Assembly: GCA_030390025.1 (NCBI GenBank)
Contig: CM059432.1
Coordinates: forward strand, 110,920,001 to 110,984,000
Length of the DNA: 64,000 bases
Source: Squalus acanthias
Taxonomy: Eukaryota
Direction: 5' to 3'
This document shows, one piece after another, positions 61,915-64,000 of this stretch. Every line of letters starts with the position of its first letter. Within the stretch, counting starts at the first letter, position 1. A program made the translations under genes and the position numbers. The notes beneath the pieces are model-generated. The model searched no databases, was not told the origin of the DNA, and saw only the letters and a list, made by a program, of their open reading frames with translations.

Positions 61915-64000
61915 ATCCTAGCACTTGTTCTACCATCAAGCACTCCCACTACTCCTTACTCACTTGACAACACATCGCACACACCCCCTTTGCATTCAAC
62001 ACCTCCCCATCATCATTCCATCTGGCTTCTTCACAACATCCACTATGCACAAGCCCCATCCATCTTCACCCATCTGATACCCACCAACTCATCCTCTCCT
62101 TCTGCAGGAAAAAACATGTACAATGCCAGGGTGAGGAATAGGAGGAGCGCCCAACATCACCACCCTGACACAGGCAGAGCAGGAAGCACCAGTGATCACG
62201 GGCCCAGGCAGAGTCTCGAGCAGCGGGAAGGAGAGGCCGGCTGCGTACTCAATCAAGGTGTCTGCATTACTTTCTTTCTTCATTCAACTCAGCACAGATG
62301 CAGCAAACTTCGCAACTTCAACCTGCATTCTGCAGACGGTTACTGGATCATGTGTAGCTTCTCTCTGACATCCGAACTCTTCTACGTTCTCTCTTCCTTC
62401 TAAACACCAAGAGGATGCAGCATCAGGCACTCCATCCTCCCAGGCACCAGCTCAGACATTAGCACTCCATGTGGGAGAGAGAGAGAGAGAGAGAGAGAAA
62501 AGTGGGGGGCTCTGCACCCAACACCAGTAGACAGAGACAGCAACGGAGAGATCTCACCGGAGGGCAAGACCCTTTCCCAGCTCTACTGAGTAGGACCGGA
62601 ATGAGGACTTTATGGGCCCAGCCACAAGAAAAAAACTGCGGGCATCACACAAACGGCTTGGAAATGATGGTTGAGAGTGTGGAGGAGTCGGCATCCAGTC
62701 TCTGTGCTGTCATCACCACTCTGTAGTCTACACCTGGAGAGTGTGTGAACACTGTCGCGGAGCCCTCACAGCAGGACTCCGTGCTCGAATGTCTTGCGGC
62801 TTTTGTGGAACCTCAAACGCCTGCCATGCAAACGCTGAGCTCTGCAATAGAGAGATTGGGGCAAATCGAATGAATAGGGCTTTTGGAGGGGACTGTCATC
62901 TTCTGTAATCTGCTCTCTCGCATTACTGAGTGATGAGCCCCAGTCCCAAGGAAGAGGCAGTAGCGCGATGGAAGCAGTACGTGCTGGCTTCTCTCAGCAC
63001 GTCTGCACATTCGCCCCCAACCCCGCCCAACCTGTACCCGCCATGGTGCTAACAAGTCAGCTGGGCGAGACGGCTCCAGCAGTAGCCGAGTTACAGCAGC
63101 CTGCAGTCGAGTCCTTAAAAGCTCGAGCATGCAGAAGTTACCAGCAGAATCATCTCGAGGGTCCGCACATGAGGAACAGCAATCTTCCACCAGCTCTGCT
63201 GAGGCCACTAGGGGAGCACCTCGAAGGATTGGTAGAGTTAGGAAACCTTCTTTAAAAAAGGGAGTTGATCACCTGGGCGAGAAATGAAAGCAAGACATTT
63301 ATTATGTTTGGCATTTAATTGATCACCTTTATGGGTGTAAGCTCAGTGCAATCACTGAGCTCTGAGCTGATCTCTCACAGCTCTGGCTGCAAGGTGCTGA
63401 GGTAGCCCTCCTCCTTCTGCCCATTCCTCTCCTTCCCCCCAGGTCTTCCTCGTCTGATGAAAACTGTTGTTGCTGCTCTTCCTCCTCCAGGTGCAGGCCT
63501 CTCTGCAATGCAATGTTGTGCAATATGCCATGACATTCTATCCAGGGCATAGTGCAGGAACCACCAGCAAGCGGTCCAGACATCTGAACCTCTGCTTGAG
63601 CTGTCAAATCGTCTGCTCGATAATGATCCTGGTTGTGCCCTGGCTTTCTGATTGTATCTGTGCTGCTTGGGCGTGGCATGGTTGCGCAGAGGTGTCATCA
63701 GCCAGGTCTGCAGGGGCTATCTCGAGTCATGCTTCTCCCAAAAATCAAATGGTGGTGGGGGGTGTCTGAGAATAAAAGCATTGTGGAAGCTGCTCAGTCT
63801 CTCACAGATCTGCATGATGCTGTCCCTGTGATTAGCCACTGGTTGGACATCGATAGAGTGGTATCCTATTCTATTAATAAACGTTGCTGACTGTTGCTCC
63901 GGTGCCCTGATGGCCACGTGTGCACAGTCAGTCGCACCCTGCGTGCGAGGGAAGCCAGCAACTGCTACAAAGCCACAAGCTCTGTCCTGTTGACTGCTGA

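Larger units (their letters stand above)
60254..64000. mobile_element. Very degenerate Harbinger copy 6 (Myb relic + about 62107-63250; transposase relic - 63330 to window end)
   Basis: tta|gggccaatttt candidate terminus; NRIGYHSIDVQPV, HNAFILR, MTPLRN, ILHNIALQRG. Confidence 0.7.

Overview
This is eukaryotic DNA, most likely a cartilaginous fish (shark or ray), inferred from HE1-type V-SINEs, their CR1/HER1-like partner LINEs and a SacSINE1-like DeuSINE. The window is almost entirely nested transposable elements, and I could not confidently identify a host gene. It holds six PIF/Harbinger two-gene DNA transposons, each with a HARBI1-like DDE transposase converging on a 3-exon Myb/SANT gene. 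Copy 1 (218-4295) has both genes apparently intact. Copy 2 (16177-20319) is complete, with TIRs and a CAA target-site duplication (TSD), but its catalytic Glu codon is a stop. Also present are several Harbinger-type MITEs, many CR1 LINE copies, L2 and Vingi-like LINE relics, Penelope-like elements carrying minimal hammerhead ribozyme motifs, a pogo/Tc1-type MITE and a probable Gypsy relic. The most notable observations are: a conserved C-terminal RGRP plus LRRSxR module on the Harbinger Myb protein (candidate chromatin tether); a MITE family built from conserved hairpins, one with a compensatory base change; hammerhead cores in Penelope pLTRs; SINE tail swapping; and patchy divergence between the two young Harbinger copies. 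All calls come from reading the sequence by eye; no database searches were run.
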